DNA of 64,000 bases from Carcharhinus amblyrhynchos (lineage: Eukaryota). The DNA lies in NCBI GenBank assembly GCA_965287045.1, contig OZ336889.1, positions 44,516,001-44,580,000 of the forward strand, given 5' to 3'. Position numbers and translations under genes: made by a program. How positions within the stretch are numbered: the first letter of the stretch is position 1; each line of letters opens with the position of its first letter. Of the stretch, positions 1 to 11,179 are shown one piece after another. The notes under the pieces are model-generated. The model had not been told where the DNA came from, did no database searches, and worked only from the letters and a program-made list of their open reading frames with translations.

Positions 1-42
1 CAAATATCAGACAATACCGAAATGGAGATCTTCGGCCTAATA

Positions 43-64
43 TCACGTGACAGGAAATTTGCAT
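43..64 (+). promoter_or_regulatory. Ig light-chain promoter, cluster 1: E-box TCACGTGA (43-50) plus octamer ATTTGCAT (57-64)
   Basis: Perfect octamer in light-chain orientation ~125 bp upstream of the leader ATG, preceded by a CACGTG E-box; same arrangement in all four clusters. Confidence 0.85.
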
Positions 65-185
65 ACCTAATTCATATTCATTCGCCCTGCGGTGTTTGAG
101 TCTTTTTAAGGAGAGGTTGGAATGGACTCAGAAGCGCGTTCGTGTCACGATTTATTTTCCTTCTTCCTCTCCCCAAACCTTCACC

Positions 186-234
186 ATGACACAATCGATT
201 GGAGTTCTCGCCGCACTGATACTCTGTTTCCACA
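186..234 (+). CDS. IgL cluster 1 exon 1, signal peptide MTQSIGVLAALILCFH(S)
   Basis: Kozak-like ACCATG, hydrophobic leader, phase-1 donor A|gtaagt at 235. Confidence 0.93.
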
Positions 235-374
235 GTAAGTACAGGCGTCGGCCTGAAGTAACGCTAATTTTCTTCACATTATGTATTTCTGCGCCTGTGT
301 TTTAACGAACCTGAATTGTGAGCTATATTCAACATTTCACAGTGTGTGACTGACAATACTTTGCATTTCACCAG

Positions 375-725
375 GTACAATTGCGGATCCTGTCCTGACC
401 CAACCAGGATCCATTTCGTCCTCACAGGGAAAGACCGTCACCATCATTTGCACCATGTCTGGTGGCACCACTGGCAGCTACTGGTCGAGCTGGTACTGGC
501 AGAAACCCGACAGCGCCCCTGTGCTTGTTTGGTCCGAGTACAATGGTCTGGCTTCGGGTATTCCGAATCGATTCGCCGGGTCTGTGGACTCATCGAGTAA
601 CAAGATGCATTTAACCATCACCAACGTGCAATCGGAGGACGCTGCAGATTATTACTGTGGTGCTGGTGCGAGAAGCAGTCCATATAGAAGCATTTTCGGG
701 AGTGGAACGAAGTTGAATCTGGGCA
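375..725 (+). CDS. IGLV: IgL cluster 1 exon 2, germline-joined VJ (lambda-like, shark type II): STIA-DPVLTQPGS...C...WYWQ...DYYC-GAGARSSPYRSI-FGSGTKLNLG
   Basis: Acceptor ccag| at 374; Ig V hallmarks (FR1 Cys, Trp, DYYC) run in frame into the FGxG J motif with no RSS; donor A|gtaagt at 726. Confidence 0.96.
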
Positions 726-1029
726 GTAAGTAAATCACTTAACTCTCCTCTAACATTTGTGACGCTTTCTAAATAACTAAATGTACTTGGAAACGGTCGG
801 ATAGGTGGACTGAATTAGTGCAAATCAAAATGATCGCTCCTAAAATATTGTTATGGGGGATCTTTGATTCAGCAGGAAATGATATTGCAGTGATAGCTGG
901 GCTCAGAACTTCGGCGATTTTCTGGAGTGTGTGCTGTTATGTGATAGGGTAAAGGGGCATTTCAGTTACGAGTGAAACTCATTTCACTGGAAGCTTCCGG
1001 TCTGATCTGCTGGGACTGTGCAGAATTTT

Positions 1030-1265
1030 CAACCATCTGATCCAGCCGGCAGTGCGAGGAGATGATTGAGAATGCGGTTGCTAGGAAGATGGAATGTTTC
1101 CCTTCGCTTAGCCAGTGTTAGGAGTGGAGTGCCCCAGCTGTATGAACACTGCGAGCGGAACTATAATTAGCAAGACGATAAACATTTCAAAAGTGAAAAA
1201 ACAGGCATGCAAATGAGCTAAATGGGGAAGTTTGTACAAGCTACAATCGGCCACCTAGTGGGGTC
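1030..1265. promoter_or_regulatory. Candidate J-C intronic enhancer (octamer ATGCAAAT 1207-1214, IRF-like AAAAGTGAAA 1189-1198, PU.1-like GGGGAAGT, E-boxes CATCTG and CAGCTG)
   Basis: Motif cluster ~480 bp 3' of J; octamer also present at 25644, 44053 and 62315; function inferred only. Confidence 0.5.
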
Positions 1266-1914
1266 TATAATTCCATGATTGTATGAAGGGACACAGTGGT
1301 TCAGGTTCTTTCATACTCTGCCCCTGTAGTCTGGTTTAAAGGGTTAGAATTGCATTCAAAGCGTTTACATCAGGCTGTTTCATTCCATTTAAAGCAAGAT
1401 TGCATTATGTTTGCGGAATTATAGTGTGGTGACTGGGTGCGACTCACTCCCACTGGTCCCCAAACTCACTGAAAACCGTTCAGTACAAGATTCTCAGCCT
1501 AATATTTTGCATTAATCCCGGGTGTGCAAAATAACCGTATTGTTGCCGGAATTCCGCCAGTCATAATCGACCCTGATTGTTACTGGATCACATAGTACAA
1601 ACATCAATGATGTGCGGAATATTTGATTTCTTCGGAAATTACGGTTCATATTCTTCCCATCCAATCAGTTGTTTTGGAATGTCCCGGAATAAGGTTGTCA
1701 GGTTTTTGAGTATTGTTGTGGACTCGTTCAGATTGTTGTTGGTTCTCTGAGTGTCAGTTCGTCGTAATAGAACAAAAGATGGAGATTACTGCCAATATTG
1801 ATTCATGGGATGTGATCAGAAAGGTAACATTCATTTCACCACCCCCATCTCCCACGCCTATCATCCACGGATACAGTGACGGTGAGCCGCATTATCAAAC
1901 CGATGTCGTCCATG

Positions 1915-2180
1915 TGTCATAGGTACACCGCAGAGCTGTTAGGAAGGGAGTTAAGAGATTTTGGCCAGGCGACAGTGAAGGAAAGGCGGTACAGTTCTAC
2001 TTTGGTATGCTGTGTGGCTTGTTGGGGGTTTGCCACCTGGTGTTGTAGCCGTGCATCTGGTGCCCGTGTGTTCGTCCAGTGGAAGACATGGCTGGTTTGG
2101 AAGCTGTTGTCGGAGTTCCGGCAGTGTACCTTATAGATATCCACACTGTAGCGCCTGTACGTCAATGAGGGAGAAAAGCA
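1915..2180 (-). mobile_element. Decayed LINE 3' fragment in the J-C intron
   Basis: Resembles the 3' part (~11840-12050) of the minus-strand LINE at 11730-13380; copies at ~26360, ~44770 and ~63025. Confidence 0.4.
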
Positions 2181-2329
2181 ATATAATATATTCGCAAAAT
2201 CATAGAATGGTATATCTTTGGAAAATTGTTGTAGTCGAGTTGGCCAATCGTGTCTGCACTGGTTCACAAGGAACAATCTAACATTTATTCATTAGCCTTT
2301 AAATTACACATTCTATGTTCGTTTAAGTG

Positions 2330-3300
2330 ACCATTAATTTGCCAATAACAGCCTCTCCGGCAGTAGGTTCCACATCCCCTAAACCCTCTGGGTGAAACGA
2401 TTCCCTTCCAATCTCCGCGAAACCTTCTACTTCTAACGACAAATCCAAGTCCTGTTCTTATCGACCCCTCAACCATTGGCAATACTGTTTTCCGATCCAT
2501 TCTGCCCAGACACCTCAGAATATTATGCCTTCAAATGGGTTTATTTTCAGCCTCGTCTGTTCCGAACAAAAGGGACAATTCAATACTTATAACTAAATAT
2601 TCCATTCCAGCCGACATCCCTCTAGATCTGCCTGTACTCGTTCTCGTACAATTACATTTTTCCTATGCATCTTTCCAGCAGTTTCAGCATAACCTCAAAG
2701 TTCTAACAATCTCTACCTCAGCTTATAAATGTAAATGCCCCCTATGCCTTCTTTGCTACTATATCCAGTTGCTCAGCCGCCTTCAGAATCTGTGGACCTG
2801 CGTTTTCTGTTCACTAATTTTCTCTACATTTCTCGGCATTTTCCCATCTGTACAGTGTACTCGCTTGTCTTGTTGGTTTTCCTGAAGTGCAGTTCCTCAC
2901 ACTTTTCGGCAATTAATTCCATTTGTCGCCGGTGCACTAATCTAACTAGTCCATTGTCTTCCTGCATTATCCAGCTTTCTTGTTCGCAACCACACTGCCA
3001 AATTTGTATCATCGAACAACAATCATACAGGCACTCATTGATATACGGACCCTTTGTTCCCTGCCACTGAGCCAATTTCGGATCCAACCTGTTCATCCTA
3101 TGTGTGAACTTAACAAGGGCCTTGTTAAAATCCATGTAGACTATGCGAAAAATATTGCCGTCATTCACCGCTTCATACTACCTGCTCAAAAATACCAATT
3201 AACGCTTTGGGGTGAGATTTACCGGCAGCAAAGCCGTGATCGCTATATTTGATTATGCCGCGTTTATTCCATTAGTTCTCCCTTCACTGAGGTTAAGTTC
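2330..3300 (-). mobile_element. Degenerate CR1-type LINE ORF2 (RT) fragment in the J-C intron
   Basis: Remnant motifs IVYMDFNKALVKF (cf. VYMDFSKAFDKV), MELIAEKCEELHF (cf. MEFNxEKCEVMHF) and RRFRGD; copies at ~26770-27740, ~45190-46140 and 63440-64000. Confidence 0.75.
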
Positions 3301-5058
3301 ACTGGCCTATAATTATGCCACCCCCCTTTCGCCCTTTGACAATTTCATCTCTCTTCCTGCCTCCGAGAGTCAAACCTGCTCCGGGCCCGATTGGAAAACT
3401 GTGGTCAGGGTCTCTTCCCTTCTCAATCTTACTTTCCCTTTTTTATTACTTGCTTCTTCAAGTCATTTGTTTACTGGGCGATAGATACTACGGTGAAATG
3501 GACCAGCATGAGGCAAAAAGGGAAAAAATGCTTTTGAATATTTGAGTTGTTACTTTAAGAAATCAGATCTGGTGAAAATGCCGGCGTAAAAATAATTCAC
3601 TTAAGTCCACTAAATAGAAGTCGATCTTCACACTTGCTCATCGGTGCAAACATTTGAGATGATCCAGCGAAACTCTCGGGGGCGCAGGAAGAAGATACCA
3701 GTTTTGAAATAAGTGGTTGCGGCATTTGTCTGCCGACTCAGTTTCAACATCCAAATTACATTCCAACAAAAATATAAGACCAATTTCTAGCTCCAAAGAC
3801 AATCGATTTTTTACCGACAGCGACAAAACCCATATTGCTGTTGTCGCCGACATAATACCTCAATGTCAGGGCGAATTGTAAAAGGTTAGCCTGATACTTT
3901 TAGTTTGAAATGGATATTTATTTCTGAACCCTTTCTTCGAAGCCTCACAATATATTAACGTATTTACTGAGCGTTTCCCCATTGACTGTGATAGATGGTA
4001 ACTTAAGCGGTAAATGGTCACTTAAAGAGACAAGATTCTGACACAACGCCCTTTCAGCTTTGCGAATATCGACTAATGTCAAAGGAACGAACATGCAAAC
4101 CTGCATTGACTTAGCGCCGACCACGGCCTCAGAACATCCTCACAATTAAGTGTGAAGTAGAATCATTCTTCCAATGTCAGAATCATGGTTCCCTACTTAA
4201 GCACATAAAGATCTCACAGTCCATCTGCTTTGACGACAAGGTGTGAGAGATAAATAATTATGAGGACATGTTTGGTTTATTACTGGCCTTTTGAGGGTGT
4301 CATTAAGTTATATTGTTATATATTAGAATTGTTTACAATATTTATTAGAAACCCTTCCTCTCAGCTGCAACAAATCGTTTGTGACACTCCACTCCGAAAA
4401 AAATGTCTCCAAATATTTCCATTGCGACAGGGAGATATTTGTTAAGATTTACGCAACACCGTCACTGTTGGTCTGGACGGGACACGGGGTGAAGCCGTGA
4501 CAAAGAATGTTCACAAACTCAAATATCAGTCCAGTCTGTTGGACTTGCGTCAGAGAAGTAAATGGTGACAGAAGCAAACAATCGATTTCATTGTTTAGAA
4601 TCGAGGTTTTGGAGTTGCAAACTACAGAAATGTAGCCGTCAGCATAGGTTCCAATATTGACCCCAAATTCTGAGTGATTAGTGTTATTCTGAAATTCTCG
4701 GTGTTCGCGACATTGGCTCGGGCTGCGTTGCCTCAGATCACAAGTGGGTGCATTGAATCTCCCTTCCTATTTTTCTCTTTAATATTTCAAACTCCACTAT
4801 TTCCTTTAGATCAGATTTTATTTGTATGTTCCTGTCCTTTCAGGGAAAAAAGAAAAACCTTCTCAGGTTGTATATGTTCCAGAAACCAGAGTCCCGGCCT
4901 TTTTGCATTTGGCATCAATAAGACTCCAATGTATAAAATCTATACATTCTTGTAGAATAATACCGACTTAAAAAAAACAATTTGAAGAAGGTGGAACAAT
5001 GATTCAGTCATTTATGCTGATTTTTAATGGATGTGCGATCCTTGTCTCTACTTTCCAG

Positions 5059-5381
5059 GTCCACGGAGCCCCACTGTGTCTCTCCTTCCGCCTTCGTCGG
5101 ATCAAATCACAGCGAAGAACATGGCGACCCTGGTGTGTTTGGTGAGTGGTTTCAACCCGGGAGCTGCGGAGATTGAATGGACTGTCGATGGCAGCGTCAG
5201 AGGGAATGGGGTTGAGACCAGTCGGATCCAGCAGGAGGCGGACAACACGTTCAGTGTGAGCAGTTATCTGACTCTGTCAGCCTCAGACTGGAACTCACAC
5301 GAGCTTTACTCCTGTGTGGTTAAACACGAGACTCAAGCAAACCCGCTTCAAACAAGCATCTCCAGATCCAGCTGTATGTGA
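5059..5381 (+). CDS. IGLC: IgL cluster 1 exon 3, constant domain (S)PRSPTVSLLPPS...ATLVCLVSGFNPG...YSCVVKHE...SRSSCM*
   Basis: Acceptor ttccag| at 5058, phase compatible with VJ; C1-set motifs (ATLVCL, W, YSC.V.H) and a penultimate Cys for the H-L bond. Confidence 0.96.
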
Positions 5382-5434
5382 TACATGCATCGAAAGCGTT
5401 TTTGTGTTTTGCCGTTAGTAAAGTTTTATTTCTA

Positions 5435-5581
5435 AATAAATTCGGCAAATAGTGGAACATTTCAAACAGTTCATCACAGTTTGTAGCAGATCGGCTGATT
5501 CCCTTAATTTCAATTTAACTGTGTTCACTCTGAATGGATCAAAGCTTCAGTGTAATGTCATTGACACCGCTGTGTAATAAA
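5435..5581 (+). terminator. Polyadenylation signals AATAAA at 5435-5440 and 5576-5581
   Basis: Canonical hexamers 3' of the C stop codon; the second is followed by a T-rich tract. Confidence 0.65.
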
Positions 5582-6564
5582 ATCATTATACCGTTATCGC
5601 GACTAATGTTCTGTTATTCTCTCTCTTCCCCTGAAAAACAATTAATGGTAACATTCTAAAGGGAATTAAATAGTTAGATTATATCATTGTGATATTCTGC
5701 ACATTTTATTTAAAGTCAGTGACATCCAGGCGCAACATGGAGACGATGGATGACATTAAATTGAAGTAATATTGCAATATTTTTTAATGGACTGAGTTAC
5801 ATTCTGGTATTGTGATGAAAGGGCTGAACTGCGAGTACAGATTACAAAAATACATTAAAGGGCAGACAGTTCTTAACCACCTGGTTCCAAAAATTCATGG
5901 CAAACTCTGTCACTGCCCCATTTTTTAATACACCAGATGCAATGCAAGTTCTGGAACAGCTGGCCACTTTTTAGTAAGCTCACCGATTATTTTAAAGTCG
6001 ATAGGTCACCCCTTTGATACATCGTTGTTTTATTTCTTCAGTTAGATTTGGGCTTGCAAGACATAAATTGTTAAAAGTAGCAAGAAGTTGCGCAGTTGGT
6101 AAAAAGTGCAAAAAAAGGTGCTGGTACACTTACAGAAGAACAAAATAAAACATTCGGGGATTTATTAGACTTTTATAGAATTGTACTCATCTATGGTCTA
6201 CATACTTCAAAAATGATCTTGTGGGATATGAGAAAGTGGAGGAACTATTTGCCAGATTTTTACTAGAATTGGGGCTATGTACCTATCAGGGAAATGAATC
6301 TGTTGGGCTGTTTTCGCTGAGGAGAGGATGCGGAGGTGTAATAGGCGGCTTTAATGTTAGGAAAAGTTGTGATACGGCAACACAGAGAAAGATTTCCAAG
6401 TGTGAGTTAGTCTGAAACAGTGAGACATAAAAGAGACGCAGCGACAGAACGAATGAATAATTTATTTGAATGTATAGGTCGGGAATTTGCTGTGGGCAGG
6501 AGAAAGTACAAGTATTTGTTCTCTGATTGGCTGAATAAGACAATATAGATTCCTGATGATCATT

Positions 6565-6745
6565 TATCACATCACGGAAACCCTACAGCACAGAAAGAGG
6601 CCATTCCGCCCATCGAGTTTGCACCAACCGCAATCCCACCCAGGCCCTACCCCTATATCCCTACATATTTTACCCCCTAGTCTGTCTAACCTACCCACCC
6701 CAGGACACAGGGAGGCTATTTTAAACATGGCCAATGGAACTAACC
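6565..6745 (-). mobile_element. Short SINE/LINE 3'-tail fragment
   Basis: 'gaaaccctacagcacagaaagaggccattccgcccatcgag' resembles the reverse complement of shark CR1/SINE tails; copies at ~31130 and ~49680. Confidence 0.5.
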
Positions 6746-6749
6746 CGCA

Positions 6750-7335
6750 TTGGGTTTAAAAATGGGCAAGTCACGTTGCGGCTTTATAGAACGTTAGTTA
6801 GGCCACACTTGAAATATCCTGTTCAATTCTGGTCGCCACACTACCAGAAGGACATGGAGGATTTGGAGAGGGTACAAAAAATTTCCCGGAACGTTGCCTG
6901 GGATGGAGCGCATGAGCTTTGAGGAGAGCTTGGAGAAACTTGGTTTGTTCTCACTGGAAAGACGGAGGTTGAGGGATGACCTGATAGAAGAGTACGAGGG
7001 GCATGGACTGCGCGGATCATCAGATGCCTTTTCCCAGGGTGGAAGAGTCAATTACTAGGGGACACATGTTTAAGATTCGACGAGCAAGGATTAAAGGAGA
7101 TGTACGAGGCAGAATTTTCACACAGACGGTGATGGGTGCCTGGAACTCGTTGATCCGGGAGGTAGGGGAAGCAGATACGATAGTAACTTTTACGAAGCGT
7201 CTTGTCAAACACATTGATAGAACGGGATGGGAGGGATATGGTCCCTGGAGGGTAGGGGGTTTTAGATCAGTCGAGTAGCATGGTCGGTGCAGGCTTGGAG
7301 GGCCGAAGGACTGTTCCTATGAGGCAATTTTGTTT
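6750..7335 (+). mobile_element. CR1-type LINE 3' end (ORF2 C-terminus plus 3' UTR), frameshifted
   Basis: LYRTLVRPHLKYPVQFWSPHYQKDMEDLERVQ, TRGHMFKI...FTQTVMGAWNSL and tail 'gggccgaaggactgttcct'; copies at ~31325-31900 and ~49875-50450. Confidence 0.88.
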
Positions 7336-8029
7336 GTTTTTTGCTCTAATAATAGAATCCAGAAAAAATAGGGAATACACTTTTCATCGAGGGAAGTTAT
7401 TTCGGAGTGAAATGAAGAAACACTGCTTCGAATGCATCATAGTTGACTCGGATGTTTTTCTCATATATCCCCTCATTTCGGTCATAACTCATTTTATTCA
7501 TTAGACCCATGTAGACCATGTTTCCACCAAATTACTGACCATCGAACTTTGTTTTTTTTGCCCCCACTTTCTTTGCTGTCACTAACTGCCATCCCTCCTC
7601 AGATATTGTTCTTACTTTCACACCGATTACAATCAAACTTCTCCTTGAAACGAGACTTGTTCCTCTTTCCTTGTAAGCTACTACCGATGTTCAGTTAACA
7701 TTTCCTCTCTAAACTACTTGAAGATATTACCGACCCCAAATCCATAATATTGTTCCAACAATTCCAGCATTGAATCCCCACAATCGCGTTTCTGCTTCTG
7801 CCACAATACTGATATGTCCCTTATCAAAGTTACATTCTATTCAACTGTAACGATAGCAAACTATTTCTGGATTTTTTTTTCAGTTTTAAAGGTTTAGTTT
7901 GCAGTTTCTTCATCATTGCCACAAATAGACTTCCAGCTATCGGTTGTAATCCAAACTGCAATTACTGCAATGAAGTAACTGTGAAAACTTCCGAGTCGCC
8001 ACACCCCGGCACCTGGACGGGTACAATGA

Positions 8030-8198
8030 GAGAGAATTTAGCATCGCCAAAGCACCTAATCTGCCCATCTTTCGGACTGTGGGAGGCAACGGAGCACCCA
8101 CACAGATATGGGAAGAACGTGCAGACTGTGACCCAAGCCGGGCATTGAAACCAGGTTCTTGGCGCTGTGAGGCAGAAGTTCGAACCGCCGTGACGCCC
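8030..8198 (-). mobile_element. tRNA-derived elasmobranch SINE (HE1-like), decayed
   Basis: Reverse complement of a tRNA-like head (...cctcacagcgcca...ggttt...) and body 'ggactgtgggagg...ggagcaccc'; copies at ~32590-32762 and ~51140-51325. Confidence 0.65.
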
Positions 8199-9109
8199 TA
8201 CTGCTTATTCTTTTTGTATTGGCGTCGGTCTTTGACACGATTCCACACACGATCCAACAATTCTCCATCGTTAATCAGTTGCTTGGACCTCTGCTCATGA
8301 TCTGGTTCCATTATTATTTATCAGATAATATCCACAGATTGTCTAGAATAGCTCCTCTTCCTGCTCCCATGCCAGCAACTCAGCAATATGCCCCTGGCCC
8401 CATTCTTTTTCCCATCCACATGCTCCCCCTTGTCGGCGTCATCTGAAAGCACAACAGACTTTTTATGCACTCTGAAAGCACGTAGCTCTGTCTCACCATC
8501 GCCTCACTGAACATTTCTATTGTGATGATCAGAATTCTCCTCCAACTATTGGGAAGAATAAATTCGTTGCGCGGCGAGGGCCCCTTTGAGCCTATTGAGC
8601 CTCTTAAGTGACCCATTATGAATCAGTCAAGTGCTTCATCCTGTCCGCACTGCAGTTATTGAAAGAGATATCCAAGTAATCGCGCTCCAGAGCTCGATTA
8701 GCATTTCATGCAGGCATCGGTTTCATTCATCTATCCGATCTTCATCCTGAAGTTAGAATTGGATCGGTTTCCTGTGCTCTTCCAGTGAAATTCAGATCAA
8801 CAAAACTCATTGCATATATTTTCATCCGGCACCTTTGGAGACGCAATTTTCACTCTGTTTCTGTCTCCACAGGTGCTTCCAGGCCAGCTGATTTGTTTCC
8901 CGAATATTCTGGGGTTTTTTAGCTACTCTTGCCTTTGGCACTTTGGCACAGTGCTTACCATTGCGAATTCTCCCTTAGTGTACCCAAACAGGTGCCGGAG
9001 TGTAGCGACTTGGGGATTTGACAATAATTTTATTGCGGTGTTAATGTACGCCTACTCGTGCCACTAACACATCAATTTCAAACTGTAAAGTTAAACGATA
9101 AAAAAACTT

Positions 9110-9890
9110 CAAAGAGTGGGCTTGAGTCTGGGGAATTTGTGGCGAACAAAAAGATTGCAGATGAAGAGAACAGACATTTTGCTTTAGTTTTCATGGTAGA
9201 GGATACAAGTTGTCCCGTAGAACTAGCTGTAGAGCAGGAAATTAGAATGACATTAAGAACGTTATTGAAAATGTCAGTTGCTAAGTCCTCAGATCCTGAT
9301 GGCTTTCATCGAAGGTCTTAGAAGAAGTGACAAATGAGACAATTGATAGGCTGGTAGTAATGTTGCAAAATTGCCCAGATTCTGGGAAGTGTTCGTTAGA
9401 TTGGGAAAAGCGACGGTAGCACCTTAATGCAATAGGAAAGAACGACCTATAGCAGGAAACAACATATGTTAGCTGAACAACACCAGTTAGCTGAACATGT
9501 GACATATAAGGAAAATGTTAGCAGCGGTTATTAAGATTTGATAGCAGGGCACATAAGTAAAACACGATAATCAGATAGAGCCAACACAGTTTTGTCAAAG
9601 GGAAGTCATGTTCAATCAATTTACTGGAGTGATTTGAAGAAGTGACGTGCTGTGGATAAAGGGGAGCAGGTGGATGTACTGTGTTTTCCAGTAAGGATGT
9701 GATAAGATGTCACAGCAAAGACTATTGCTGAAAACGAGAGTTTATCGTGTGGGAGCATGGACAGAAAATTTACGAGCGAATAGGAAGTAGAGAGTAGGGA
9801 AAAGGGACAATTTTGCGATTCGCACGATGTCTGGAGTGATGTGCTACACTGATCAGTGCTGTGGCCTCAACTCTTTACAATATATATAAA
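9110..9890 (+). mobile_element. Degenerate CR1-type LINE ORF2 fragment
   Basis: NKKIADEENRHFALVF (cf. NKEMAEELNxYFASVF), KSSDPDGFH (cf. KSPGPDG) and SQHSFVKGKSCSINLLE; copies at ~34500-35320 and ~53050-53840. Confidence 0.8.
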
Positions 9891-10224
9891 TAATGGTATG
9901 TTTTCAGTATGGTACCAGGTATGTTCTTGCTTTCTACTGCGTTTTACATACGCTCTGTTATTCGCCTTTCTTCCCCCAAATTCCTTCACTCCTGGCCTCT
10001 AATTCTCATCTGTAAATACCTCCGTAAATGAAAACAAATTTTGCGCCACTGCCGCTTTGGCCTTACTTCACTGCTGCTTTTGGAACGAGTTCAGGTGAAC
10101 GGGCTTTTCTGTGACACGTAAACCAATCTGGTCAGGAGGTTCATCATCAATACCACTGCCAACAGCGTGTCACCAACATGGCTGGTCAAGTATTGTGCAC
10201 ATGTTTCCTAATAGCACAAATGTT

Positions 10225-10480
10225 TTTGATTTGATATGATTTGATTTCTCACTGTTTTAGATAATAGTGTACAGTGACAAGTATTCTTTCTTACACGTTT
10301 TATCGACAAAGCATACCGTTCATAGAGAAGGAAAGGAGCGAGTGCAGAATGCAGTGTAACAGTCACATCTAGGGTATGGAGAAACATCAACTCAATGCGA
10401 GTTAGGTCCACTCAAAAGTCCGAGGGCAGCAGGAAGGAAGGTGTTCTTAATTTGGTTGGTACGTGTCCTCAGACTTCATT
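10225..10480 (-). mobile_element. 3' end of a Rex1/Babar-like LINE with a (TTTGA)n tail
   Basis: The copy at ~35655-35910 translates as KNGFFPAALRLLN (cf. KNSFFPxAIRLLN); short pentamer tail; further copies at ~17297 and ~54175. Confidence 0.55.
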
Positions 10481-10868
10481 TTTTCGCGATGGAGTCACAT
10501 ATGTACTGAGTAAGGATGCCAGATTTCCTGCCGGGAATGATTTTAATGAACAAATGTCTTTTTTCAGCAATTCAGTAGTTTCATGGTTAGCATGATAATA
10601 ACTGATTTTGTTCAAGATTTATTGCCAGATACCATGATGGGATTTAGTATCATTGCTTGTTCCAGGACTCTGCAATACTCATCCGGCAATTAGTCGCCGG
10701 TCTTTGGCGTCCGGCACGCTTTACAGTGTTAGTTCCTGCTCCCTTGTTTGAGGCTAGGCGTGCACCTGTCTTCGAAGCGTTTGAAATGCATCATAAACGT
10801 ACGGATCGGATTTAAGCTTAATTTACTAGAGACTGAGCACTGTTTCGCCGAACACAACAGTGCGAATA

Positions 10869-11179
10869 ACCCTTCTACAGAAATTGTGTTTCTCTCTTCC
10901 CAAGTACTACCAGATCTCCCGAATTTATCTTCAATTTTATGTTATAATTGTCATTTTATTCTCCCTGCTTTCTATTGGACTTTGCACAATTGAAGAAAGA
11001 AGTCTAAAAGGAATCCCAACGAACCTTATGCAGAAATTGTGTTTCTCTCTTCAAAAGTGCTATCAGATCTCCCGAATTTATCCTAAATTTTATGTTATAA
11101 TTGTCATTTCATTCTCCCTGCTTTCTATTGGACTATGCACAACTGATGAAAGAAGTCGGAACCGAATCCCAATGAACCT
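10869..11179 (+). repeat. ~153-bp tandem duplication
   Basis: 'cagaaattgtgtttctctcttc' at 10878 and 11031; also doubled at ~17940-18250 but single at ~36295 and ~54830. Confidence 0.9.

Noticed and set aside
96-305. Track ORFs overlapping the leader exons (also 24531, 42979, 61204) and the 152-aa ORF at 43121
   Set aside because: Read-through of 5' UTR or intron around real spliced exons; the true structure is leader/VJ/C
338-344. Perfect RSS heptamer CACAGTG in the leader intron of all four clusters
   Set aside because: No nonamer-like sequence at 12 or 23 bp spacing that I could find; wrong position for a V RSS; retention is explained by recent duplication
653-659. Cryptic heptamer TACTGTG at the V 3' end (V-replacement type)
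   Set aside because: Follows from Tyr-Cys-Gly/Ala codons; no matching nonamer and no RSS-bearing donor V in the window
8130-8198. tRNA-like sequence on the minus strand
   Set aside because: It is the decayed head of a SINE; no complete cloverleaf is evident
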